DNA of 24,000 bases from Methanoculleus sp. (GCF_036677455.1 NZ_JAVBWL010000026.1:21711-45710); one strand, 5' to 3'; counted from the stretch's first letter, positions 1-8,291 are shown. Translations and numbers: made by a program. The notes: generated from the sequence alone by a model not told the origin.

Positions 1-369
1 GAGGAGGGAGGGCTTCGGGATCATGAAGACGGCGTCCTGCATCTGCCGGGCGAAGAGTGTCTTCTCGCCGTTGTGGAGCGACTTGATAAAGGGAAAGACC
101 AGATCCCGGACGTGTTCGAGCATCTGCTCGGCGGGGTAGTGTTTCCAGCTCGACCACCGGCACTCCTCGTGCCCCGCGAATACCGACGTATACGCCACTC
201 CCCGCGCCCGTGCCCGGTTCTGCTCGACGGTATCCATATCCTCGAGGCGCTTCATGAAGATGAGGTAGGACATCTGCTCGATGGACTGGAGGGGGTTGGA
301 CATCCCGCCGCTCCAGAAGCGGTCCCAGAGGGTGTCGATCTTTGATTTGAGGTCGGGGGCGAGTTTCAT
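1..369 (-). CDS. hsdM: Type I restriction-modification DNA methyltransferase subunit M. Only the N-terminal 123 codons are present; the gene continues beyond the left edge.
   Basis: Absent from the ORF track because it has no stop codon inside the window. The reverse complement of 369..1 reads MKLAPDLKSKIDTLWDRFWSGGMSNPLQSIEQMSYLIFMKRLEDMDTVEQNRARARG..., which looks like an HsdM N-terminal domain. Its ATG (369-367) overlaps the hsdS stop (368-366) as ATGA. Confidence 0.8.
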   Translation of the reverse strand, partial: MKLAPDLKSKIDTLWDRFWSGGMSNPLQSIEQMSYLIFMKRLEDMDTVEQNRARARGVAYTSVFAGHEECRWSSWKHYPAEQMLEHVRDLVFPFIKSLHNGEKTLFARQMQDAVFMIPKPSLL

Positions 370-1559
370 GCGACTAATTCTCCGGTGAATGCGTTACTCA
401 TTAGAGATTCAAACAGCAGAGTGATTCTTTGTCTAGAGTAACTCTGTTTTTGCTTTAGCTCCTCAGCTCTATTTACAAACTCAGAAAATTCATGCTGTAA
501 TTCTAAAGGTGGAAGATAAACAGGGAAATTTTTTAGTTGCGTTGAATTTATGCTTGCGATGCCTGTAGTTTGTTTAGCTGATCTAAGAAAATACATTTTA
601 CCGTACATGCTTCCGGTAAGCATACTCAAGTATTCAGGGGTCAGAAGGTCTGAATTTACCCTTACCCGGAAGACATGATTCTGGTGGAGGCATAACGTTA
701 CTTCACCTTTCCAAACAGCACCCCTGCCTAGTTTATCCCGGTCTCCACCTTCTGTTAAGAGCACATCCCCGGGATGTAACGCATATTTGTCTACATCAGA
801 CTCCAACACCTCAATCTCCTTGATCTCAGTTAGATCTAAGTATCCATCCTGTACATTTGCCACACGGAGATAAGGGACCCAAATTGTCGCCTGATCATTA
901 AATTTTCTACCTTTTGTGACGCCCGAAACGATCTTTGAAACTTCTTCCAGTCGTTTAACTTTCCAGCCAAATGGATTCTCTAACGGATTGCCAAACAACT
1001 TAATGAACACGTTTTCAATAAGGTTCCACATCAGCGCATCCGCCTCTGCCCGAAGGCGCTGCGTTGCCTCTACCTTCTCAAGAATGGCGACGATTTTGCG
1101 CTGGGTTTTGAGAGGGGGGAGGGGTATTTCAATCGACTGTAGTTGCTTTGAGGAAAGATGCTTCACGGTGACGTGTGGAGTTTTGTCTTCAATTTCTTTA
1201 AGGATTTTAACTAGTGCTTTGTATAAGAAATAGGGATGCAATTCTTCTGATCTTATAACTAATTTACAAATTCGTTGATTGAGTAAGGCTGATTCTCCTT
1301 CCCATCGAATAATATTAAATTCGCCATCCATGCCAATGAGTAAATCATCTTTATATGTGAGGTATTTTTCTTCATATTCTCCATCAAAGAAAGTATCGGT
1401 GTAACTCCTTTTTAGATCTCTGATTCTAACTAATGGAGTGCCGACACCTTTATCGTTAAATTGCGTTGAGTCAAACGGAAACCCATAGAAGAAATCGACG
1501 TAACTTGACAATTTGACTAATTCCCACTCACGAGGTAACTTCTTTTTCTCCACTTTCAC
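366..1559 (-). CDS. hsdS: Type I restriction-modification specificity subunit S
   Basis: 397 aa with two variable target-recognition halves. Each half is followed by a conserved helical spacer (LPPLKTQRKIVAILEKVEATQRLRAEADAL and LPPLELQHEFSEFVNRAEELKQKQ), and the protein ends in NAFTGEL. The GTG start (1559-1557) directly abuts the hsdR stop (TGAGTG). The gene is visibly AT-rich compared with hsdR and hsdM. Confidence 0.9.
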   Translation of the reverse strand: MKVEKKKLPREWELVKLSSYVDFFYGFPFDSTQFNDKGVGTPLVRIRDLKRSYTDTFFDGEYEEKYLTYKDDLLIGMDGEFNIIRWEGESALLNQRICKLVIRSEELHPYFLYKALVKILKEIEDKTPHVTVKHLSSKQLQSIEIPLPPLKTQRKIVAILEKVEATQRLRAEADALMWNLIENVFIKLFGNPLENPFGWKVKRLEEVSKIVSGVTKGRKFNDQATIWVPYLRVANVQDGYLDLTEIKEIEVLESDVDKYALHPGDVLLTEGGDRDKLGRGAVWKGEVTLCLHQNHVFRVRVNSDLLTPEYLSMLTGSMYGKMYFLRSAKQTTGIASINSTQLKNFPVYLPPLELQHEFSEFVNRAEELKQKQSYSRQRITLLFESLMSNAFTGELVA

Positions 1560-4394
1560 TCACGCCTCCGCAAACAACTCCCGCTCCAGCCCCTGGCAGA
1601 TGCCGATAAATGCCTTCAGATCACCTTCATCGAACATCGGCACCGGCGCGGTGCTCCCGAAGTTCGTGAACGGAGCCAGGAAGAGATCGTCCATAACTAT
1701 GTGCTTCTTTCGCATAAAAACGGTCTGAATCGTCCGGATGAAGTGCAGTTGATCGGCAGAATAACTCTTGTTATTCTCGATCATGTAGGTCTGAAACGCT
1801 CCTTCGATCATCTTCTTCGGGTCCGGCGCCTCGTAGAGCCCGAAGAGCGACCGAATGAACGCCACGAGCGAGCCATACGGGTGACGCGGCGAGGTCTGCA
1901 ACATCTCCTCGGTGACGTTCACCCCGGCCTCCGCCAGAGCCTCTTCGAGACCGTGCAGGTCGGCTTCGGTGATCGGCTCGTCCCGAAGGATCTTCTGAAT
2001 GACCGGATTCTGGTCGGCCAGCTCCGTCACCCTTTTCTCGACTTTCTCCCGGAACGCCACCACGTACTCAGGCGCTTCCTCGTTAAACGTCCAGAGCGTG
2101 CGCTGCTCGATGATATCCCCCATGTCGATGACGATAGGTTCGTGCGACTCCTTTGAGAGGTACTGCATCAGCGGGGCAATATCTGCCACAAGCCCGGTAG
2201 CATCCTCAAACGAGAGACCCTTCCAGAACGCACGGGAGAGCACCTCGTCCAGCCGCTCCTCCTTCTCCTTCACGATGTTGAGCGTCCGGGGGAGGTGATC
2301 GACCATCTCCCCGATCTCCGGGGCCAGCCGCTCGATCTCCTTCTCGTTCCCCTCCAGGACCGCGAGCCCCAGCCGTTCCGCTTTGACCGTGAAGGACGCC
2401 TCCTTGAGGTTCACCCCGGTCTGGAAGCGCATGAGGGGCATGATCGTGCCCTTCAGGTACTCCAGCGGGTCGAGCCCGACGTTATCCCAGAGCTTCGGCG
2501 AGAGGGCTTTCGCGATCTCCCGCTCGTGCTCCCGGACGCTTACGGAGTCCATCGGGAGCGACCGGATATCCTCCTCCAGCCGCTGCCGGACGACCGTCGC
2601 CCGCTCCTCGTCGCCCTGCGCGAGGAGGCGCTCCAGCTGCTTCAGTCGGAGGAAGAAGACCCGGCTCGTGATGGCTTCGGTCGGCTCGTTCTTCACCCCT
2701 TCGGGGTTCATGTTCCAGTACTCGAAGTTGTTCCAGAAGTCGAAGACCTTGAAGTACTCCTTACGGCCATCCGGCAACCATTCCCGGTGTTTACACGCGG
2801 CATCCGACCGCGTCCCGCGCCCCAGCATCTGCCAGAACTTGATCTTCGAGAAGACCGGCTTTGCAAAGACCAGATTGCAGACCTCCGGCACATCGATGCC
2901 AGTATCGAGCATATCCACCGAGATTGCCACGCGGGGGAAGGACTCGTGTTCGAAGTCGTGGATGAGGGCGTCGGCGCGGGGGTCGTCCGAGACGATGATC
3001 CGTGCCAGCCGTCCTTTATACTCGGGATACAGGGCGTCGAACGCCTCGTGCAGCCGCCGGGCATGTTTCTTGGAGATCGCGAAGAAGATCGACTTTGCCG
3101 GAAGCGTCCCGGCCTGATCCATCTGGCACCCCTCCATGAACTCCCGCACGATCGCCTCAGACGTGCCTTTGATGGCGACCTTCTTCTCCAGCTCCGTCCC
3201 TTCGAAGTCGATCTCGTCTGGGTCGATGCCCTGCTCGATCAGCCGGTTGCGCTCGCTCTCCGTCAGGTCAGAGGGGCGGAGACCTTCGATCTGAAAGTGC
3301 GTCTGCGCTCCGAGAATACTTTTGCGGAAGTCGACCAGCACGCCATCCTTCACAGCCTCATCGTAGGAGTAGAGCGTGGTCGGCATGTGGTCGTCGCACT
3401 GGAAGAACCGGAAGGTGTCCCGGTCGACCAGCTCAGCGGGTGTCGCCGTCAGCCCGATCTGCATGGCGTCCAGGTACGTAAAGACGTCTCGCCACCTGTT
3501 GTAGATGCTCCGGTGCGCCTCGTCGGAGAAGATCAGGTCGAACTCCCCTGGAGAGATGAGGTACCGCCCATGCTCGTCCTTCTGTGTGTAGATCTCCTGG
3601 AATGTCTGGATCGTGGAGACGAAGAGGCGCTTCTCCTTGTTGTACCTGCCGTGCAGGATCTTGTCCTTCGCTTCGTGAGGGAAGAACTCCAGGAAACCCT
3701 TATTCCACGCCTGATCGCGGAGCGCTTTCCGGTCGGCGAGGAAGAGCACCTTCTGCGCCCGGTTCTCCTTGAGGAGGGTGTCGATGATCGCCATTGCCAC
3801 GCGGGTCTTCCCCGTGCCGGTCGCCATGACGATCAGCCCTTTACGGTGGCCCTTGTGGATATGCTCAAGCACGCGCTTGACGTTCTCGATGCTCTTTGAG
3901 CGGTCGACGATGCGGGTATTGACCTCGATTGGTTTCGTGGGATCGATCTTCTGGATCTGGAAACGAAGCCGCTCAAGGTCTTTCTGTGCGTAGAAGCCCT
4001 TCACAAGCCGGAGCGGGTAGCGCTCCCGGTCCCAGAACCATATCTCGTAGCCGTTCGAGAGGAAGATGAAGACGTCCCTCCCGGTCTGTTGTTTGATATC
4101 ATCGGCGTACTGCTCCGCCTGCTTCTGCCCGACGAGCGGGTCTTTCGAGGTGCGTTTGGCTTCGACGATGGCGAGCGGAGCGCCGAGGCTGTCGAGGAGA
4201 AGATAGTCGACGTACTTACTCTCCAAGTCGTTCTTCAGCGTCTCGGCTACGGTCTTGTAGGAGTGTGCGAGAAAGTCGGACTGTTTGGTGTCGACTTCGA
4301 GAATGACGGAGGCACGGTTCATGACGTCCCAGCCCTGCTCGGCAAGGTAGACGTCTATCTTCTCTTTCCGCGTCCGTAATTCGTTTAAGTCCAT
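1560..4394 (-). CDS. hsdR: Type I restriction enzyme subunit R (nuclease plus SF2 translocase)
   Basis: 944 aa. It has an N-terminal PD-(D/E)xK-like motif (VDYLLLD...IVEAKR), a Walker A motif ATGTGKT and a DEAH box (FSDEAH). A long helical C-terminal region resembles EcoEI-type HsdR. It lies directly upstream of hsdS/hsdM on the same strand. Confidence 0.9.
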   Translation of the reverse strand: MDLNELRTRKEKIDVYLAEQGWDVMNRASVILEVDTKQSDFLAHSYKTVAETLKNDLESKYVDYLLLDSLGAPLAIVEAKRTSKDPLVGQKQAEQYADDIKQQTGRDVFIFLSNGYEIWFWDRERYPLRLVKGFYAQKDLERLRFQIQKIDPTKPIEVNTRIVDRSKSIENVKRVLEHIHKGHRKGLIVMATGTGKTRVAMAIIDTLLKENRAQKVLFLADRKALRDQAWNKGFLEFFPHEAKDKILHGRYNKEKRLFVSTIQTFQEIYTQKDEHGRYLISPGEFDLIFSDEAHRSIYNRWRDVFTYLDAMQIGLTATPAELVDRDTFRFFQCDDHMPTTLYSYDEAVKDGVLVDFRKSILGAQTHFQIEGLRPSDLTESERNRLIEQGIDPDEIDFEGTELEKKVAIKGTSEAIVREFMEGCQMDQAGTLPAKSIFFAISKKHARRLHEAFDALYPEYKGRLARIIVSDDPRADALIHDFEHESFPRVAISVDMLDTGIDVPEVCNLVFAKPVFSKIKFWQMLGRGTRSDAACKHREWLPDGRKEYFKVFDFWNNFEYWNMNPEGVKNEPTEAITSRVFFLRLKQLERLLAQGDEERATVVRQRLEEDIRSLPMDSVSVREHEREIAKALSPKLWDNVGLDPLEYLKGTIMPLMRFQTGVNLKEASFTVKAERLGLAVLEGNEKEIERLAPEIGEMVDHLPRTLNIVKEKEERLDEVLSRAFWKGLSFEDATGLVADIAPLMQYLSKESHEPIVIDMGDIIEQRTLWTFNEEAPEYVVAFREKVEKRVTELADQNPVIQKILRDEPITEADLHGLEEALAEAGVNVTEEMLQTSPRHPYGSLVAFIRSLFGLYEAPDPKKMIEGAFQTYMIENNKSYSADQLHFIRTIQTVFMRKKHIVMDDLFLAPFTNFGSTAPVPMFDEGDLKAFIGICQGLERELFAEA

Positions 4395-4572
4395 ATTATT
4401 TCTCCACGCCGGGAAGAATAGGGGAATAACCGGCCCTATTCATTAGTTAATAAAAACAGGTGTGTAAATAAGGGTTGTGAAATCTTTGCGGCCGGTTGTG
4501 GCCGCAATTGACCTTTGTCAGAGAACAATTATGGTGGAGAAGAGAGTTTTGGCGATGCAATGCAGCGAGGAG

Positions 4573-4580
4573 AAAAAAAA
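4573..4580 (-). terminator. Oligo-T (T8) archaeal-type terminator after the 303-aa ORF
   Basis: The plus strand has A8 at 4573-4580. On the minus strand this reads TGA-AGTAA-TTTTTTTT, five nt after the stop codon at 4588-4586. Oligo-T runs are the known archaeal intrinsic termination signal. Confidence 0.5.
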
Positions 4581-4585
4581 TTACT

Positions 4586-5497
4586 TCACGATCCACCGTT
4601 TTCCTCAGTACTTTGGGGAGCGGTCGATACCATGTCACATAACCGTTCTAGCTCATCAAGCGACTTCATGATGCCCACCTCCACTAAGTATCGATAGAGA
4701 AGATAACAATGGAATGCATACAGATCTTGGAGGACTTCTCTAAATTCCTCTAATCTGTATGACTTACTTCCAAAAAACAACATATTCTTTTCCCCATCGT
4801 AATAGTAGTCGGCATGAGCAACCTTATTCCGGATAAAAGCGTCCTGCAACACACTGCATCGTCGCTTCTTGAGGAAACTCTGACTGTGGAGGTATTTTAT
4901 TAAATCAGCCCGGAATATCGTAGAGTCACTTCTGGCCAATCGGGTATACTTTTCGATGAAGGCTCTTGATATCGGGTCACTATCACATTTTATTTCAGCG
5001 ATTTTTAAGCATATATCTGTTAAAAAACTGAGAGTCAGCTCGTAGCAGGTACCGTATGCCCTTAGTGTTTGATCGACATCATACGCAATGGAGATATTGG
5101 TCTTTCTGCCCTGCGTGAAATGTTCTGCAACATTATAAAAATGCCAAATTTGTGGCATGTGCCTCCAAAAGTCATACTTAACCCCTTTTTTGGCTGTTAA
5201 CGCAAATAATTCAGATAACAATCTATCGATGAAATCCTTACAATCGGCATTTAGTCCCTCCCCCCTCTCTCTAAGAGAAGTCATTAGAGCATCTAATTGC
5301 ATATAGAGAGCCAAAACTAATGCAGTAAACTCGTTTTGATCTTTTGGGAATATTTCCTCAAACTCTTCTGTTGCGATATCACGCAATCCCCGAGGTATCT
5401 CAATATTCGCGCTATGCTCGATCTCAGCAAAAATCTGCTGAATCCTTTCTTCAGCAATAGGCTTGGTCGTTTTAAATACATCAGGGTCTTCTTCCAT
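4586..5497 (-). CDS. Uncharacterised 303-aa protein with helical-looking composition and a C-terminal Rx4H (HEPN-like) motif
   Basis: Long AT-rich ORF 36 nt downstream of mrr on the same strand. I recognise no family. The segment LQDAFIRNKVAHADYYYD contains R-N-K-V-A-H, which fits the Rx4-6H signature of HEPN RNases. There is no competing ORF of similar quality on the other strand. Confidence 0.7.
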   Translation of the reverse strand: MEEDPDVFKTTKPIAEERIQQIFAEIEHSANIEIPRGLRDIATEEFEEIFPKDQNEFTALVLALYMQLDALMTSLRERGEGLNADCKDFIDRLLSELFALTAKKGVKYDFWRHMPQIWHFYNVAEHFTQGRKTNISIAYDVDQTLRAYGTCYELTLSFLTDICLKIAEIKCDSDPISRAFIEKYTRLARSDSTIFRADLIKYLHSQSFLKKRRCSVLQDAFIRNKVAHADYYYDGEKNMLFFGSKSYRLEEFREVLQDLYAFHCYLLYRYLVEVGIMKSLDELERLCDMVSTAPQSTEENGGS

Positions 5498-5533
5498 CCT
5501 TATCTCCGCCTATCTGAATACTCACACCCTTCG

Positions 5534-6466
5534 CTACTCAAGATCTCCAAAATATTCTGGGTCGACTTTTTTAATTACATAACTCGCTGTTTCGGTCACG
5601 CCGACATTATAATCGATCATATACTGTGCTAACTGCTCACCGTCGATCAAGACAATTTTCTTCTCGATGATCTTCACGTACTCCTTTGCTTCCTGGCTAA
5701 ACTGCGACGTTGTGATGAAGACACCCTTCTTTGCCCTCTGTCCTTCCAGACTTCCCGCAAACGCCTGTACGACTGGCCTCCCTACCGATCCTTCCCATCG
5801 CTTTGCTTGGATGTATATCACGTCGAGACCTAGTCTATCTTCTTTGATTCTGCCATCTACGCCTCCATCTCCACTACGACCGATGGCTTCACCAGCATCC
5901 TCATGGGAGCCTCCATACCCCATTCTGACAAGCAAATCGACGACAATATCCTCAAAAATTGACGGATCGCAAGCCTTCAAACGTTCTAATATTTCTTGAG
6001 CCAGTTTTTGTCTTAGTTCAATATTTGCCGCATGCAAGACTTCTTCAGGGGTTAAAGAAGGGGATTTATTGATCTTGTCTTGAGCGTTCTTATTCCCGCC
6101 ATTCTGACTTGAAGCCCTCTTAAAGACCTCAAATTCAGGAAATTGCATCAAAAACTCGGTATTTATTGTGGGGGGCTTATTCCTGACAATACTGACCCCT
6201 CTCTGTGTAATCTTGTATCTCCCTCGTCCAGTAACCTCGACAAGCCCAGCCTTCGTAAGATACGTCCTTGCCCACCCAAACCGATTATCATATGTTCTCG
6301 ATCTTCCACTTGGCTGCAGAACCCGTCTCTCGTCGTCCGTTAAATGAAAGATTTTGTCTGCCAGAATATCTCTGTCATCTGCCATCAGATGCTCTTTGCC
6401 ATCCGCTGTGAGTTTGAGAAGAGGAAGCATAATTGATTCATAATCGGGTACAGACATGACCATCAC
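5534..6466 (-). CDS. mrr: Mrr-family type IV (modification-dependent) restriction endonuclease
   Basis: 310 aa. The N-terminal winged-helix Mrr_N-like region reads PDYESIMLPLLKLTADGKEH...RFGWARTYLTKAGL. The C-terminal Mrr catalytic core reads GDGGVDGRIKEDRLGLDVIYIQAKRW (D...QxK). Confidence 0.9.
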   Translation of the reverse strand: MMVMSVPDYESIMLPLLKLTADGKEHLMADDRDILADKIFHLTDDERRVLQPSGRSRTYDNRFGWARTYLTKAGLVEVTGRGRYKITQRGVSIVRNKPPTINTEFLMQFPEFEVFKRASSQNGGNKNAQDKINKSPSLTPEEVLHAANIELRQKLAQEILERLKACDPSIFEDIVVDLLVRMGYGGSHEDAGEAIGRSGDGGVDGRIKEDRLGLDVIYIQAKRWEGSVGRPVVQAFAGSLEGQRAKKGVFITTSQFSQEAKEYVKIIEKKIVLIDGEQLAQYMIDYNVGVTETASYVIKKVDPEYFGDLE

Positions 6467-6491
6467 TTAAAAGACCAGTTTAATCTTCACA

Positions 6492-6499
6492 TATATAAA
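6492..6499 (-). promoter_or_regulatory. Candidate archaeal TATA box for the mrr / 303-aa ORF transcription unit
   Basis: The reverse complement of 6492-6499 is TTTATATA, matching the archaeal TATA consensus TTTAWATA. It is centred about 30 nt upstream of the first mrr ATG (6466), which implies a leaderless or very short-leader mRNA. Confidence 0.45.
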
Positions 6500-6594
6500 A
6501 GAGGATATTCTGTATCCCCCTTTAAGGAAGTAGAGGCATTAAAAGGAAAAGAGGGATTATCTCAAGGGAGCAGATCATCCTAGCCAGTGGCCCT

Positions 6595-6819
6595 TCACAA
6601 CAGATCCTCAATCTCCTCTCGCTCTATCCCGGCTTGCTTGAGGATCTCCAGGAGCGTGCCAATTGGGAGGTCCCGCCCGTGTACCGGGACGACGACCCGG
6701 CGCTTCGTCTCCGGTTGATAGAAGATGTGGTGGCTCCCCTTCACACGGTCCAGCATGAACCCCTTCTTCTCCAGAATCCTGATAACTTTCTGCGCGGTGA
6801 GCGCCGGAAGTTTAGGCAT
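6595..6819 (-). CDS. hicA: HicA-family mRNA interferase toxin
   Basis: 74 aa from the internal ATG at 6819: MPKLPALTAQKVIRILEKKGFMLDRVKGSHHIFYQPETKRRVVVPVHGRDLPIGTLLEILKQAGI. This is a YcfA/HicA-like fold signature including the GSH motif. It overlaps the hicB stop by 8 nt. The longer ORF start at 6897 would run through hicB, so I rejected it. Confidence 0.85.
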   Translation of the reverse strand: MPKLPALTAQKVIRILEKKGFMLDRVKGSHHIFYQPETKRRVVVPVHGRDLPIGTLLEILKQAGIEREEIEDLL

Positions 6820-7045
6820 GTGCCTCGACGGTGAGGGTGTATTCCAGGAGCCCTTCCTCGGTAGGAATCTCCTCACCCTTCTCCTGGAGATGCTCAATGT
6901 AGAGCTCGATAGCCTCCCGTGCCATCGCTATCGCTTCATCGACAGTCTCCCCGAAGGTGACGCAGCCGGGAAGGGTCGGTACGGTGACGGTGTACCCACC
7001 TTCCGGCTCCTTCCGGAGGAGGATACGGTAGTTCAGGTTTCTCAT
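6812..7045 (-). CDS. hicB: HicB-family antitoxin (UPF0150-like)
   Basis: 77 aa from the ATG at 7045: MRNLNYRILLRKEPEGGYTVTVPTLPGCVTFGETVDEAIAMAREAIELYIEHLQEKGEEIP, a typical HicB N-terminal domain. The track ORF begins at a GTG 15 nt upstream (7060). Confidence 0.85.
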   Translation of the reverse strand: MRNLNYRILLRKEPEGGYTVTVPTLPGCVTFGETVDEAIAMAREAIELYIEHLQEKGEEIPTEEGLLEYTLTVEAHA

Positions 7046-7841
7046 TGCATCGCACCCCACGGATCACGCACATGCAAGGCCTATGTATGACATATGCATG
7101 ACAATGGTATTACATTACCCCATGATCTATAAAGAGTATCCATAAATACAATCCCTTTTTGAGAAGAACGCTGAAGAACCCTTCCCCTCACGTTCCACTC
7201 CCGGACCAGTTGGCTGTAGCACCCTTGAGACCATTCGGTGCTCATATTCCGGTTCTCTGGAGCATCGTGCCTCGAAGACCTGCAGTCTTCTCATGCTCCG
7301 CTTGCGCTCGCATGTCGCTCGCACCTCCCACACCTTCACCTGCGCCTCCCGCGAGCGGTAGACCGTCCTCGCCGGCCCCTTCGCCTCCTTAAGGCAGTTA
7401 TAGTAGAGGTAGAACCCTCCACTGCCTCGTCTCACCGACGATGTCAGTCGCTGGCCGGAAACGCGGGCTCGGGCTCGCCCTTTTCCACCGGTGGGCGATG
7501 AAGTCGGCAGGGTTGACTGCAGGCGGAGAATGACAGCCGGTTTCAGCATGTTTATAGCGGCTGCTGTCATCAAACAGCGTTGGGGTTGGGTTATTTTCAC
7601 CATTTGAACCGCAGTACATGACACTCTCGCCTTGAATGGCAGCAGGACGGGGGGCACAGGCATCCGCCCCGTCACCGAAAGCCTCGCTATCCATACACTC
7701 CGTTCTCCCAAAGTCCTCCAACCGGGCCGTAGGGGAGGGAAATCTCTCCCGATGAGTTAGACCGGCCCGCCAGAGAGATAGAGTTATCCAACCGGTCTCA
7801 ATCCAGTGAATTTTTTAACCACAAACGATCAATCCCCACCT

Positions 7842-8291
7842 ATGACCCACTGGATCGCCTCCTCCAACCGCGACAACGCGAAGATCCTCGATGCGAAGCA
7901 CATCTGGGGAGTACCAAAGCGGAACAAAACCCTCATGCAGCGGGTGAAGCCCGGCGATACCATCCTCGTCTATGTCAGACAGGAGAAGGAGGGCGATACC
8001 ATCCTCCCCTCCGCGATCACCGGCGCCTACGAGGTCATCGCTGAGCCCTACGAGGACCCCTCCCGCCTCTTCGTCACCCCGCCGCAGATGGGCGACGAGG
8101 TATTCCCATACCGGATGAAGGTCCGGCCAATCAGGGTCTTCGCCGAACCCCTGGAGTTCAAGCCGCTGATTGGGGATCTCAGATTCATCACGAACAAGAC
8201 GATGTGGTCCGGCCACCTCCGCGTCGCCATGCGTGAGATCCCTGAGGAAGACTACCGGTTCATCCTCAGGCGGGCCGGGGCGGAGGCCTGA
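7842..8291 (+). CDS. EVE / PUA-like domain protein (stand-alone)
   Basis: MTHWIASSNRDNAKILDAKHIWGVPKRNKTLMQRVKPGDTILVYVRQE...ITGAYEVIAEPYEDPS...FPYRMKVRPIRVF matches the EVE-domain pattern as I recall it (W..., WGV, N..lmq.vKpGD.i..Y, G..ev...y.D). The track ORF starts at GTG 7806; the ATG at 7842 seems more likely. Confidence 0.65.
   Translation: MTHWIASSNRDNAKILDAKHIWGVPKRNKTLMQRVKPGDTILVYVRQEKEGDTILPSAITGAYEVIAEPYEDPSRLFVTPPQMGDEVFPYRMKVRPIRVFAEPLEFKPLIGDLRFITNKTMWSGHLRVAMREIPEEDYRFILRRAGAEA

Noticed and set aside
73-345. 90-aa plus-strand ORF at the left edge.
   Set aside because: The opposite strand encodes a clear HsdM N-terminus that is translationally coupled to hsdS. The plus-strand ORF has no recognisable features.
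2295-3899. 534-aa ORF on the plus strand inside hsdR, together with other plus-strand ORFs at 1701-2156, 2383-3117 and 4089-4379.
   Set aside because: They are antisense to a well-supported HsdR gene. Their composition is Arg/Leu/Pro/Asp-rich with no motifs. Long stop-free antisense frames of this kind are a typical artefact of GC-rich coding DNA.
6820-6897. The 26-codon N-terminal extension of the HicA ORF.
   Set aside because: It would overlap most of the hicB 3' end and is Arg/Ser/Pro-rich. HicA homology starts at the internal ATG at 6819, which gives the usual length of about 74 aa.
7127-7721. Two overlapping minus-strand ORFs (194 aa and 107 aa), considered as real genes.
   Set aside because: They overlap each other out of frame and are Arg/Ser/Pro/Gly-rich, with no recognisable domain or start context. 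I kept them only as a possible decayed gene in the findings, not as features.
7724-7772. A tRNA-like look: a GGGCCG...CGGCCC stem followed by GCCA.
   Set aside because: It spans only about 48 nt. It has no D-arm or anticodon arm, and the internal hairpin loop is not a T-loop. It is not a tRNA or a plausible tRNA 3' half.
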